Source: a virus
DNA length: 38,606 bases
Virus genome (UHGV): UHGV-0211288
Reading direction: 5' to 3' (one strand)
Under the pieces are notes generated by a model. The model had not been told where the DNA came from. It was given only the letters and a program-made list of their open reading frames with translations, and searched no databases. The position numbers and the translations under genes are program-made. This document shows, in pieces, positions 1 through 7,648 of this stretch (its first letter is position 1; each line of letters begins with the position of its first letter).

Positions 1-84
1 ATACTTCAACTGGAAAATCATTTTCTGCAACAAGTTTATTTATTTCTGCTTCTACTCGATCTATCTCATTCACTTAACCACTCC

Positions 85-555
85 TTAGTAGCCGGTTGCA
101 TCTTTCCAGTGATAATCAAAGTCCCTCGCTATAAATGGACGTTTCTCATTCAAAGGTTTTGTCACGCCCTGTGTGATTACTTTGAAATCATTCTTTCGAA
201 TCACAACAGCCTCAACCGGATGTCCATACTTGATAGCAAAAAGTCTAAATCTCAGCTTGTTAGATTGATCGATGCCATACATGCCAAAACTGTTTTTAAC
301 ATCGATCACATGCCGCCAACTACCATCCATATTTTTAATAATGAAATCTGGAGAGTAAGCAATTTGGGAAATCTTCCCTCCGCCTCCTGGTAATTTGGTC
401 AGCTCAGTTAGTTTAAAGCGAGGGTGCACCTCAAAAGGCAGTCCGCTACTTATAACAAAACGCTGATAAAACAATGCTTCTTTTTCTGAGTCGAAAACAA
501 AGTCATCCAAATGAACTTTGTTGCCTCGTTTATTTAATGCAGTTGGTGAGGACAA
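85..555 (-). CDS. DUF1064-family phage protein (putative nuclease of the replication module)
   Basis: 156-aa ORF at the end of the replication operon. The N-terminus NKRGNKVHLDDFVFDSEKEALFYQRF...FEVHPRFKL recalls the conserved start of DUF1064 proteins (KYGNKK..DGIKFDSKKEA..Y..L). Position after the DnaD-like gene is typical. Confidence 0.5.
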   Translation of the reverse strand: MSSPTALNKRGNKVHLDDFVFDSEKEALFYQRFVISSGLPFEVHPRFKLTELTKLPGGGGKISQIAYSPDFIIKNMDGSWRHVIDVKNSFGMYGIDQSNKLRFRLFAIKYGHPVEAVVIRKNDFKVITQGVTKPLNEKRPFIARDFDYHWKDATGY

Positions 556-559
556 ATGA

Positions 560-1450
560 TCACTCCTTTTTATTTTTCTTTTGATTTAAGTAATTCTGTA
601 ATTTCGCATCGATTTCGGCCTGGCGCTCAGGAGATAAAACAGGTTCCGATTGTTCTTCGTTCATCCAATTCGGTATAGGTTCTGATCGAACGATTTTTCT
701 TGATGAATAATTGGCATTTTGAATAGGCTTGTTAGTTCTGTTTTTGAATTGATTGTTTGCTTCAATCGCCTTCTCCAGATTATCAATCTTGTTAATTCTC
801 CAATTATCAAGAATTCGATTTATATAAGGTTTGAGTGAACTCAATTCCTTTCCGTAATCGAAAGAAGTTTGTATCGCAAAACAAATCATTTCTCTTGGCC
901 ATTCCTGTACCCATCGTGAAAGTTCTCCTTGAAGAATTCCTGTTGGGAACTTTCCGTATAGTTTTTGAACAAGCTCGGCAGGATGTTCGCTATTATTGTT
1001 ATTATTATTCTTTTCATTCTTATCATTCTTATCATTCTTGTTTGTGTTCACTTGTTGTTCACTTGTTGTGCGGTTGATGTTCACTTGTTGTTCACTACCT
1101 TGATATTCATCCCAGTTATTTATTGATATGACGCTGTATTTCGTAGTTGATTTGATGTTCAACATTTGCTCACTTTCGAATTTCTTAAGCCATCTCCATA
1201 CAGAAGCGCTGTTCACTTGATGTTCACGTTTGGCTCCCTTGTTCATTTCAAACGTTATCGCGTCGCGCCCTGTGACGAATTCACCGCTGTTCAGCCATAT
1301 TTCTTTTCCATTGAAAAGAAACTTTCTCCGTTCATGAGAGGCCTTCATTAAACAAAGAGACCATAGCTTATACATATTGGGGTTAGTCCATACGAATGAA
1401 TCCATCACTTTTCTATAAAGTTTTACATAGCCATGGTTCATTCTTGTCAC
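560..1450 (-). CDS. phage replisome organizer / DnaD-domain replication initiation protein
   Basis: 296 aa. The N-terminal region looks replisome-organizer-like, followed by a low-complexity linker (NDKNDKNEKNNNNNN, EQQVN repeats) and a C-terminal DnaD-like region (WVQEWPREMICFAIQTSFDYGKELSSLKPYINRILDNW). Iterons are embedded in the gene. Confidence 0.6.
   Translation of the reverse strand: MTRMNHGYVKLYRKVMDSFVWTNPNMYKLWSLCLMKASHERRKFLFNGKEIWLNSGEFVTGRDAITFEMNKGAKREHQVNSASVWRWLKKFESEQMLNIKSTTKYSVISINNWDEYQGSEQQVNINRTTSEQQVNTNKNDKNDKNEKNNNNNNSEHPAELVQKLYGKFPTGILQGELSRWVQEWPREMICFAIQTSFDYGKELSSLKPYINRILDNWRINKIDNLEKAIEANNQFKNRTNKPIQNANYSSRKIVRSEPIPNWMNEEQSEPVLSPERQAEIDAKLQNYLNQKKNKKE
1005..1227. 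repeat. putative origin of replication: AT-rich 9-bp repeats (CATTCTTAT x3, 1005-1040) followed by six copies of the iteron TGTTCAC(TTGT)
   Basis: TGTTCAC is seen directly at 1045, 1056, 1078, 1089, 1210 and 1221; the first four have 11-bp (one helical turn) spacing. An origin inside the replisome-organizer gene is the usual arrangement in Firmicutes siphophages. Confidence 0.45.
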
Positions 1451-1452
1451 CC

Positions 1453-2181
1453 CTATGCTACGTAAACAGGAACGCCAACAATCTTCTGCGTTTCCTCTTT
1501 AAATTGTTTTTCATGACTATTTGCATCTGATAAATGCAACAGCCAGACTTCTTGTAGCTGATCGCTTTTGTTTTTCTTGATAAACTCAAGCGTTCGTTCA
1601 AAATCAAAATGGCTTTCAAAAAGTCGTTCTTTTCGCTTGATATCAAATCCTCGATTCATTTTCTGATCAATAATATCTTTTGAGTAATTCGCTTCGACCA
1701 TCATGTGAGTGATGTTGGGAAAAAGATACTTTACGTAATATGAATCTGTGATAAAGACAAGTCTGTCGCCTGCAGCATTATCGATCAGGAACCCAGCTGG
1801 CTCTCTTACGTCGTGTTGAATCTCGAATGCCGTGACGTACCATGTGCCGATTTTCTTTGTTTGTTTATAATGCAGTTTGTTAAACCGGTACACATGATGT
1901 CTGTTTAATCTCAGTGTTTGATCATCGAACATAGCTGCGATGGTGCCATCTGTCGCATAAACATCAACTGCAGTTTTATCGATCAGACTACTGATATATT
2001 TACAGTGATCTCGATGCTCGTGAGTGATAAGAGTACCGACCACTCTAGAAAAGTCGTGTCCCATTTGTTGTTGAACATCTTTGAATGGGACACCACACTC
2101 GATAATCAATTGAGAATGGCCATCGTCAATTAAATAGCCATTTCCTTTGCTTCCCGAACCGAAAACTTTGATAGAGATCAA
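1453..2181 (-). CDS. MBL-fold metallo-hydrolase (putative nuclease partner of the recombinase)
   Basis: 242 aa with the HxHxDH metallo-beta-lactamase motif (THEHRDH) and downstream His/Asp residues. Lies between the RecT-like and DnaD-like genes, as in many Gram-positive phages. Confidence 0.6.
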   Translation of the reverse strand: MISIKVFGSGSKGNGYLIDDGHSQLIIECGVPFKDVQQQMGHDFSRVVGTLITHEHRDHCKYISSLIDKTAVDVYATDGTIAAMFDDQTLRLNRHHVYRFNKLHYKQTKKIGTWYVTAFEIQHDVREPAGFLIDNAAGDRLVFITDSYYVKYLFPNITHMMVEANYSKDIIDQKMNRGFDIKRKERLFESHFDFERTLEFIKKNKSDQLQEVWLLHLSDANSHEKQFKEETQKIVGVPVYVA

Positions 2182-3242
2182 TATGGATCATCCTCTCCAA
2201 GATCAAGGTTGCTTTGCTGCGGTTCATCTGTGAATTGTCCCTCTTGAATCTCTCCATCTTCAGTTACATTTTTGGGACGATCATCTTTTTCAGCAGGTCT
2301 AGGATCTAAGATTTCAGTATTCGCATTTTGATCGATTTCTTCGATAATTTCTGCTTCTTTGCGTTGTAGTTGGCGCGTTTGGAAATCATCTTCGACAGAT
2401 TCAACAATTGATTGAATATAGGCGTTGGAGAAATCTTTCGGAATTTTTTTGACAATTCTATTTCTCATTTTTCGAATAATCATTGACTCTCTACTTTGTG
2501 GTTCTTTCCAAGCAGGACTTATCTTACCGAGTTCTTGCATCTCGGTACTATCTAAAATTTCATCGAGAGAATGCACCTCGGAAAATTCTTTGATTTTTTC
2601 TTTTTTCTCGGTTTTTTTGTTATCCCACATCAAGTTGTTATACATATGAGCTAATAAATTAGCTTTTACATCCTCGCGTTCGGCAATAAAAAATTCTACT
2701 TGACCATCGTTGTACTCGATTGGATAGACAACCCGGATTACCTTGCCTTCTCCTTTAGGCGTCCAAGTTGGCGGAGTCACTTCCAAACCTGCATATCCTG
2801 GATAAGTAAATCCATCATGTTCTCGGACTTCCCAATGACGATGTACTTTTTTAACGCTTCGACCAAATCGAGACAAAATGGCATCATTTCCGTCTCCCTC
2901 AATTCCCATCTCAACGATTTGGATTTCAGTGCCATTTTTATTTTTTTGCTTACGTTTGATGAAATACACCTCACGAGGTGTAGCTGTTGCGTTCAACTGT
3001 AAGGCCGCCACATGCATCAAAGTTTGGGTCAAGTTACTTTGATCAATATCCCCAACACTGATACCTTCCTTTACGAGCATTTCGTTAATTGCCGAGATTG
3101 AATTGATTACACAAGTACGCTGATACTCGGTCATATGGATACCATTACCATGCAATTGGCTTTCAATCTGCGGCATGTACGTGTCGTTAATTTTTGCTAG
3201 CTGTGATTTGTATACTTTTGCTGGTGTATTCTGATTTGTCAT
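2178..3242 (-). CDS. putative RecT-like single-strand annealing protein with acidic C-terminal tail
   Basis: 354 aa. The call rests on position (ATPase - this gene - MBL hydrolase) and size; no motif was verified by eye. The C-terminus is strongly acidic and ends ...DLGEDDPY. Confidence 0.35.
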   Translation of the reverse strand: MTNQNTPAKVYKSQLAKINDTYMPQIESQLHGNGIHMTEYQRTCVINSISAINEMLVKEGISVGDIDQSNLTQTLMHVAALQLNATATPREVYFIKRKQKNKNGTEIQIVEMGIEGDGNDAILSRFGRSVKKVHRHWEVREHDGFTYPGYAGLEVTPPTWTPKGEGKVIRVVYPIEYNDGQVEFFIAEREDVKANLLAHMYNNLMWDNKKTEKKEKIKEFSEVHSLDEILDSTEMQELGKISPAWKEPQSRESMIIRKMRNRIVKKIPKDFSNAYIQSIVESVEDDFQTRQLQRKEAEIIEEIDQNANTEILDPRPAEKDDRPKNVTEDGEIQEGQFTDEPQQSNLDLGEDDPY

Positions 3243-3430
3243 TTTTCACCCTCCATAAATAATTTGTATTCTTCTCCATTCAAAGAAAAATAAGTTTTGC
3301 TAGTTAAATCCGGTCTGTTCGTTACCCCAAGAGTTTCAATCACTTCTGATTGCAAGTCTTCTAAATTATTGAAAATGCCAATAAACTGACGTTCATTTCT
3401 GGTTTTCGCATAAACTAAAATACCATTCAT
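3239..3430 (-). CDS. hypothetical protein (63 aa)
   Basis: ORF translationally coupled to its neighbours by overlapping start/stop codons. Confidence 0.4.
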   Translation of the reverse strand: MNGILVYAKTRNERQFIGIFNNLEDLQSEVIETLGVTNRPDLTSKTYFSLNGEEYKLFMEGEK

Positions 3431-3741
3431 TCAATCCTCAACTCCTTTTCTGCAGTAGAGAAGAACTGTTCAATATCTTGTTTTCGATTTACAATCTCAG
3501 CTAGAAGTAATGTTTGGATCACACTATCCAGACCATCAATGCCGAAATCTTCGTTCAATCGACCGCCCAGGTCCTCGCGGTAGGTATATCCATCGAAAAT
3601 CAGTGTGTGTAAAGTAAACTTCGTCTTTCCTTTCCTAAGTTTTGTTTCAATTTCATCCAGAGCTTTATACTGATTCTGTAGCTTATTAGCCTTATCTAGC
3701 CTCGTTTTGAGCTCTTTATTGACCTTTTCTATAGAATCCAC
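3427..3741 (-). CDS. hypothetical coiled-coil protein (104 aa)
   Basis: ORF with ATGA overlap to the upstream ATPase gene; charged helical sequence. Confidence 0.45.
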   Translation of the reverse strand: MDSIEKVNKELKTRLDKANKLQNQYKALDEIETKLRKGKTKFTLHTLIFDGYTYREDLGGRLNEDFGIDGLDSVIQTLLLAEIVNRKQDIEQFFSTAEKELRIE

Positions 3742-5687
3742 TACACTACCTCTACTTTCAGATTTTTATTTTTTGTTACACGCAACTCAATCATTTGTGA
3801 ATTGATCGGATGCAGATCGTTTACTGATTCGGTATTATCTACGAATACTGGGACGCTCAAGCCAAACTCTTTGCTTAAGGTGTTGATGATGTCCAAGTCA
3901 CAATTGATCCGGGCGCCAGTATTCAAACTAGTTCCGTACTCTATGCCGTTGTATGTCGCTTCACAGACTTCCTCGAGGCCGCCATTTTTCAGGATGTTAA
4001 ACAGTTTGAATTTCACAAGTTCGAACTTGCTGTTGATGGACTCTTCAAGATAGCTAACTTTTTTGCGTGTAAACTCGTCGAGAAGAAATAGTTCGCGTTC
4101 TACCTCTTGATTTTGTGTTTTCAAATTAGCATCTTCTTTTTTCAGTTCCTCGATCCGATTTTCGTAATCGGAAAGAATTACTAAACGCTGAAACTTCACT
4201 TGAGCCTCTGCGATAAGTTGACGTTTTTGTCTGATCTTTTCTTTTAACTCCTGTTCCTCGACTGCTGTGTCGGACGTAGCATTAAGGATCTTTTGCTGAA
4301 CAAGTTTAATTTCTTCCTGAATTTTTTTATACGTGGAAGTTTCTTCAAACTTTTGTGTTGAAGTTTCTAGAAATACTAATTCTGAATTGATCTTGTTCAA
4401 TGTTTCTTCTGTAGCGGCCAAGCTTTTTTCCAAACGTGCACTTTCATTTTCATGAGCAGCAATAGTTTCCTTATAAGCAAGTAATTTTTCTTTCGCTGCT
4501 TTCCCCTCAGCAATATTTTTTTCTATGTCAACTGCTTTCTGCTGATTAAATTTTGAAACCATCTGTTCGATTTGATCTGCCGGTAACTCTTGTGCACATG
4601 TAGGACAAACTTTTTGATGTTCATCAAAAGTCCTTTCTTTTAAATGGCGTAATTTATTCCGATGTTCAGTTAAGAAATACTCCAAATCATAAAATTGCTT
4701 GATTATCTTATCTTTCTTACTTTCCTCTTCATCCCTAAGCTTTCTGATTTCATTAACAATTCGCTGTTGCTTGTTCAGATCGTCTTGCAGAGATCGCGTC
4801 TCCATATTGGTACTGGATAGATAAGCGGATTGTGCTTCTGCCAGTTTTATTTTCAGATTTGATAGCTCTTCTTGATGATCAAGCGCCGCATTACCTGCAG
4901 CGACAGCATTCAATTTGCTTTGCAGTTCCGATACATCCGCCTCGTATTCCAGCACTTGTTCTTGGATTTCATCTGCAGATTGATCACCAATATCGGCTTT
5001 TGCTTTTACAAACATTTCAGTGACTTCTTGAATTCGTGCTGGCAAACCATCGATTTGCCGTTTGATCTCTTTTTTTCGTGAAGCGAGCACTTTGCGGTAA
5101 TCATCAATTGAATGTTCTTTGATGATCGTTTCCATGTCTTTTAACTTTGGATCTTTAGCAATGATCTCTTCGTCGGTCAAGCCAGTCATATTGACCAAAA
5201 TTTCACGACGATTCTTCCAATTCATTTTCATAAAGAATGTAGAATCAAATAGCATCTGCAGAATGTTTTCAGCGCCCAGGGTTTCGAGGTATGCCTTCCA
5301 TTCCTTTTCCATCTTAGGCACGCCATCAATCGTGTACTTCGTTGTATCGTTGCCTCGGACTTTTTCTAACTGTCCTCGAGGTGTATTCCATTTTTCTTCT
5401 TGGACGCGTTTTAGCGTAACCATGGTGTCATTGATGATCAATTCCGCTACAACGGTTGGCTCAAGTCCTAACAATTCGTCGTTGTTCTTATCTAAGGGTT
5501 TAGGATTTAATTTGGCGCCTCTAGTATCTTTACCAAAAAGTAGCCATAGCAAGGCATCGGCCAATGTCGTCTTTCCTGATCCATTTTGGCCACTTACTGT
5601 AGCATTTTGGCCCATCGGTTCAAAAGTAAACGATTCTAGTCCTTTGAAATTTTTTAATGATAACCGGTTTAGGATAATTTTTTTCAT
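3741..5687 (-). CDS. SbcC/Rad50/RecF-like AAA ATPase with coiled coil and CxxC zinc hook
   Basis: 648 aa. Walker A GQNGSGKTT at the N-terminus, a long central coiled coil containing CPTC (zinc-hook-like), and a C-terminal Walker B/D-loop-like segment LSVPVFVDNTES. Confidence 0.7.
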   Translation of the reverse strand: MKKIILNRLSLKNFKGLESFTFEPMGQNATVSGQNGSGKTTLADALLWLLFGKDTRGAKLNPKPLDKNNDELLGLEPTVVAELIINDTMVTLKRVQEEKWNTPRGQLEKVRGNDTTKYTIDGVPKMEKEWKAYLETLGAENILQMLFDSTFFMKMNWKNRREILVNMTGLTDEEIIAKDPKLKDMETIIKEHSIDDYRKVLASRKKEIKRQIDGLPARIQEVTEMFVKAKADIGDQSADEIQEQVLEYEADVSELQSKLNAVAAGNAALDHQEELSNLKIKLAEAQSAYLSSTNMETRSLQDDLNKQQRIVNEIRKLRDEEESKKDKIIKQFYDLEYFLTEHRNKLRHLKERTFDEHQKVCPTCAQELPADQIEQMVSKFNQQKAVDIEKNIAEGKAAKEKLLAYKETIAAHENESARLEKSLAATEETLNKINSELVFLETSTQKFEETSTYKKIQEEIKLVQQKILNATSDTAVEEQELKEKIRQKRQLIAEAQVKFQRLVILSDYENRIEELKKEDANLKTQNQEVERELFLLDEFTRKKVSYLEESINSKFELVKFKLFNILKNGGLEEVCEATYNGIEYGTSLNTGARINCDLDIINTLSKEFGLSVPVFVDNTESVNDLHPINSQMIELRVTKNKNLKVEVV

Positions 5688-5992
5688 TTAAAATCACCTC
5701 GGAGAAAAGCAGAAAGCCTTTTGTCTAGTGAAGTATTTGTTTCTTCATCCACAGAAATCCCGAAAAGTTCTTTTAGTTTTTTATGCTTCGGACAGTCACA
5801 ATCAACTTTTTCAACAGCTTTCAAGGTTTCTTTATACTGTTCTAAAATAACTAAGGCAATGAGATCCTCGTTGCCTCCTTGAGCAGTAATAATCGATCCC
5901 TCTTCGGAAAACGCCCCTAATTGGAAACTAATATTGTTTTTCGCACATTCAAAGGTTAAATCCTTTATCATATTTTGAATTTTTTCGTTCAT
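5684..5992 (-). CDS. hypothetical protein (102 aa)
   Basis: ORF whose stop overlaps the ATPase start (ATGA). Confidence 0.45.
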   Translation of the reverse strand: MNEKIQNMIKDLTFECAKNNISFQLGAFSEEGSIITAQGGNEDLIALVILEQYKETLKAVEKVDCDCPKHKKLKELFGISVDEETNTSLDKRLSAFLRGDFK

Positions 5993-6173
5993 GTGTTACA
6001 CTCTCCTTGAATAATTTGTTTTACTTGCTTACACTAGCTGGAACTGGTGTAGGCTGTTTTTTTATATCTCTCATCTCTTGATCTCCTTCAAACGTCTGCC
6101 GCATTTCGTGCAATATGGACCATTCCACGGCTCGCATTTTTTCAATTCCGTAGCATTGATAAGTGTTTTTCTA

Positions 6174-6398
6174 TTACAGCTCTTGCATCGGAACTGATGA
6201 AGCTTTTCTTCTATCAGCATTTTCTATTCCCCTCCTTAACCGTCTCCTATAAGCTACCTCGTCATACTTGATCAGCCACCACATGATTGATACAGGTAAT
6301 GCAATGAGTGCCCAATCTGGCAACTGTTGGCGATTACCGAACCAAACTCCTAGAAAGAATATGGTGATCAAAAATGCTGATCTTCGTAAACTTTTCAT
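6174..6398 (-). CDS. small membrane protein (74 aa, two predicted TM helices)
   Basis: Hydrophobic stretches FLITIFFLGVWFG and WALIALPVSIMWWLI. RBS AGGAG upstream at 6408-6412. Confidence 0.4.
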   Translation of the reverse strand: MKSLRRSAFLITIFFLGVWFGNRQQLPDWALIALPVSIMWWLIKYDEVAYRRRLRRGIENADRRKASSVPMQEL

Positions 6399-6474
6399 AA
6401 AATCACTCCTACCTGTTGTATAATCTCCTTATCAGTCAGTGGTCGGCTGAAATAATTGATAAGGAGGTATTAAT

Positions 6475-6726
6475 ATGAAAGAATATAAATTTGAATATCA
6501 TTCTGAATTGCCAATTGAATTCGTTGATATGTTCAAGGTTGATATTCCTGCTGAAACACGCACTTACTTCAATATCGACTCAAACATGATTGTTCAAGAA
6601 TTTGAAGATGATACAGTGTTATGCATTACAAGAGACGATTATCAACTTTCAATTCATTCGAATAAGAAGTTTAATCAGACAATTCCAGTAAGAAGTAAGA
6701 AGGTTATTATTTCTTTTGAGGAATAA
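6475..6726 (+). CDS. hypothetical protein (83 aa) on the lysogeny strand inside the early operon
   Basis: Strong RBS AAGGAGG 8 nt upstream of the ATG (6462-6468). A TTGTATAAT (-10-like) element lies at 6418-6426. The gene is oriented opposite to all surrounding early genes. Confidence 0.55.
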   Translation: MKEYKFEYHSELPIEFVDMFKVDIPAETRTYFNIDSNMIVQEFEDDTVLCITRDDYQLSIHSNKKFNQTIPVRSKKVIISFEE

Positions 6727-6838
6727 CCGTTCCATAACCAGTAGTGGGATTGTATAATATTTGTTGCTCCTCGCTACTCCTAATAGCTTGGAGCAATTCT
6801 TTTACTTCGTTTGGTGTTGCCTCGATTGTGATTTTCAT
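6707..6838 (-). CDS. small ORF (43 aa, MKITIEATPNEVKELLQAIRSSEEQQILYNPTTGYGTVIPQKK)
   Basis: RBS GAGGTGAGAGG directly upstream of the ATG, which follows the stop of the 64-aa gene (translational coupling). Its 3' end overlaps the + strand gene 6475-6726 convergently. Confidence 0.3.
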   Translation of the reverse strand: MKITIEATPNEVKELLQAIRSSEEQQILYNPTTGYGTVIPQKK

Positions 6839-6843
6839 CCCTC

Positions 6844-7038
6844 TCACCTCACTTCTATTTGCCGATTCAATCGGTTTTGATAAAGTAACTCCTGATACCT
6901 TTTGAGATCTCTACTTAGCAAATCTCTTTGAGAATCGCTAAGTAAGCTTTTACGATCGTGTAGCTGCTCATGCAAACTTCGAACTTTTTCTTTGGCTAAG
7001 GTGTCGATCAGCAGCTCTTGTTGTAAAGTGTAGGTCAT
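6844..7038 (-). CDS. hypothetical protein (64 aa)
   Basis: ORF coupled by ATGA overlap to the upstream 58-aa ORF. Confidence 0.45.
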   Translation of the reverse strand: MTYTLQQELLIDTLAKEKVRSLHEQLHDRKSLLSDSQRDLLSRDLKRYQELLYQNRLNRQIEVR

Positions 7039-7211
7039 GCACTATCCCTACTTTCACTACTAGAAATTTTTGACTGATATTCAAGTCTTTCATCGTCCGT
7101 CATTTTCCGAATTGAAATTGAAACACGTTCGCCAGATTGTTCTTCATGAATCCTTTCCAAAGCCTTAGCTAATCTATCGAGATTCAAACTGCCGTTTATT
7201 TTAACCGTCAT
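7035..7211 (-). CDS. small ORF (58 aa, MTVKINGSLNLDRLAKALERIHEEQSGERVSISIRKMTDDERLEYQSKISSSESRDSA), first gene after cro
   Basis: Not in the supplied ORF track (<60 aa). Translated by hand. Strong RBS AAAGGAGGG 7 nt upstream of the ATG at 7211. Confidence 0.4.
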   Translation of the reverse strand: MTVKINGSLNLDRLAKALERIHEEQSGERVSISIRKMTDDERLEYQSKISSSESRDSA

Positions 7212-7226
7212 TGAACTCCCTCCTTT

Positions 7227-7245
7227 TTGTATCGTTTACGATACT
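7227..7245. promoter_or_regulatory. operator-like site O1 (TTGTATCGTTTACGATACT; inverted arms GTATCG/CGATAC)
   Basis: A 19-bp element repeated with a single mismatch at 7482-7500. Contains a 6-bp inverted repeat around a 4-bp spacer. Sits immediately after the cro stop. Confidence 0.45.
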
Positions 7246-7246
7246 T

Positions 7247-7462
7247 TTAGTTAAAAAAAATAGCTAATACTTCATCATTGTTCAAACCAAGAGCTTTTGA
7301 GATAACCTGAATTTCGTTACGAGTAAAATCACTGTTCCCATTTTTTTTGTTATAAAAAGCTGATTTACTCATATCAATACCGTAGCTTTTCAACTTAACT
7401 AAGAATTCTTCGATAGTCATCTTATTAGCTACTATTTTTGCACGTAGCAGTTCTTCTCGCAT
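7247..7462 (-). CDS. Cro-like HTH transcriptional regulator (XRE family)
   Basis: 71 aa, divergent from the repressor gene. RBS GGAGGA 6 nt upstream. HTH-like segment MTIEEFLVKLKSYGIDMSKSAFYN. Confidence 0.65.
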   Translation of the reverse strand: MREELLRAKIVANKMTIEEFLVKLKSYGIDMSKSAFYNKKNGNSDFTRNEIQVISKALGLNNDEVLAIFFN

Positions 7463-7481
7463 ACCATGTCCTCCTCTCTTG

Positions 7482-7500
7482 TTGTGTCGTTTACGATACT
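7482..7500. promoter_or_regulatory. operator-like site O2 (TTGTGTCGTTTACGATACT) overlapping the cro promoter start region
   Basis: Near-identical copy of the 7227-7245 element. Lies between the -10 of the leftward promoter and the cro RBS. Confidence 0.5.
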
Positions 7501-7502
7501 CA

Positions 7503-7530
7503 TATTAGCACCTGTGCATTCGAGAGTCAA
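7503..7530 (-). promoter_or_regulatory. sigma-A-type promoter for cro / early operon (TTGACT-N17-TAATAT on minus strand)
   Basis: Reverse complement of 7503-7530 gives TTGACTctcgaatgcacaggtgcTAATAT: consensus-like -35 and -10 with 17-nt spacing. The predicted start falls inside O2. Confidence 0.55.
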
Positions 7531-7580
7531 CACAAAAATTTCTTAAAATACACAAAAAATGTTTTTTATAACACTATCAG

Positions 7581-7609
7581 TTTACAATACGATACAAAAG
7601 TAGTAAAAT
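7581..7609 (+). promoter_or_regulatory. sigma-A-type promoter for the repressor gene (TTTACA-N17-TAAAAT)
   Basis: Seen directly. A partial operator half-site (ACGATAC) lies in the spacer, consistent with autoregulation. Confidence 0.5.
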
Positions 7610-7648
7610 TATTTCTATAAAAGTCTAAGAAAGATAGGAGTGAAATTG

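Noticed and set aside
1-84. Possible gene or host DNA at the left window edge
   Set aside because: The minus-strand frame after the ATG at 69 hits a stop within 3 codons. No ORF or att-like repeat could be supported in 84 bp.
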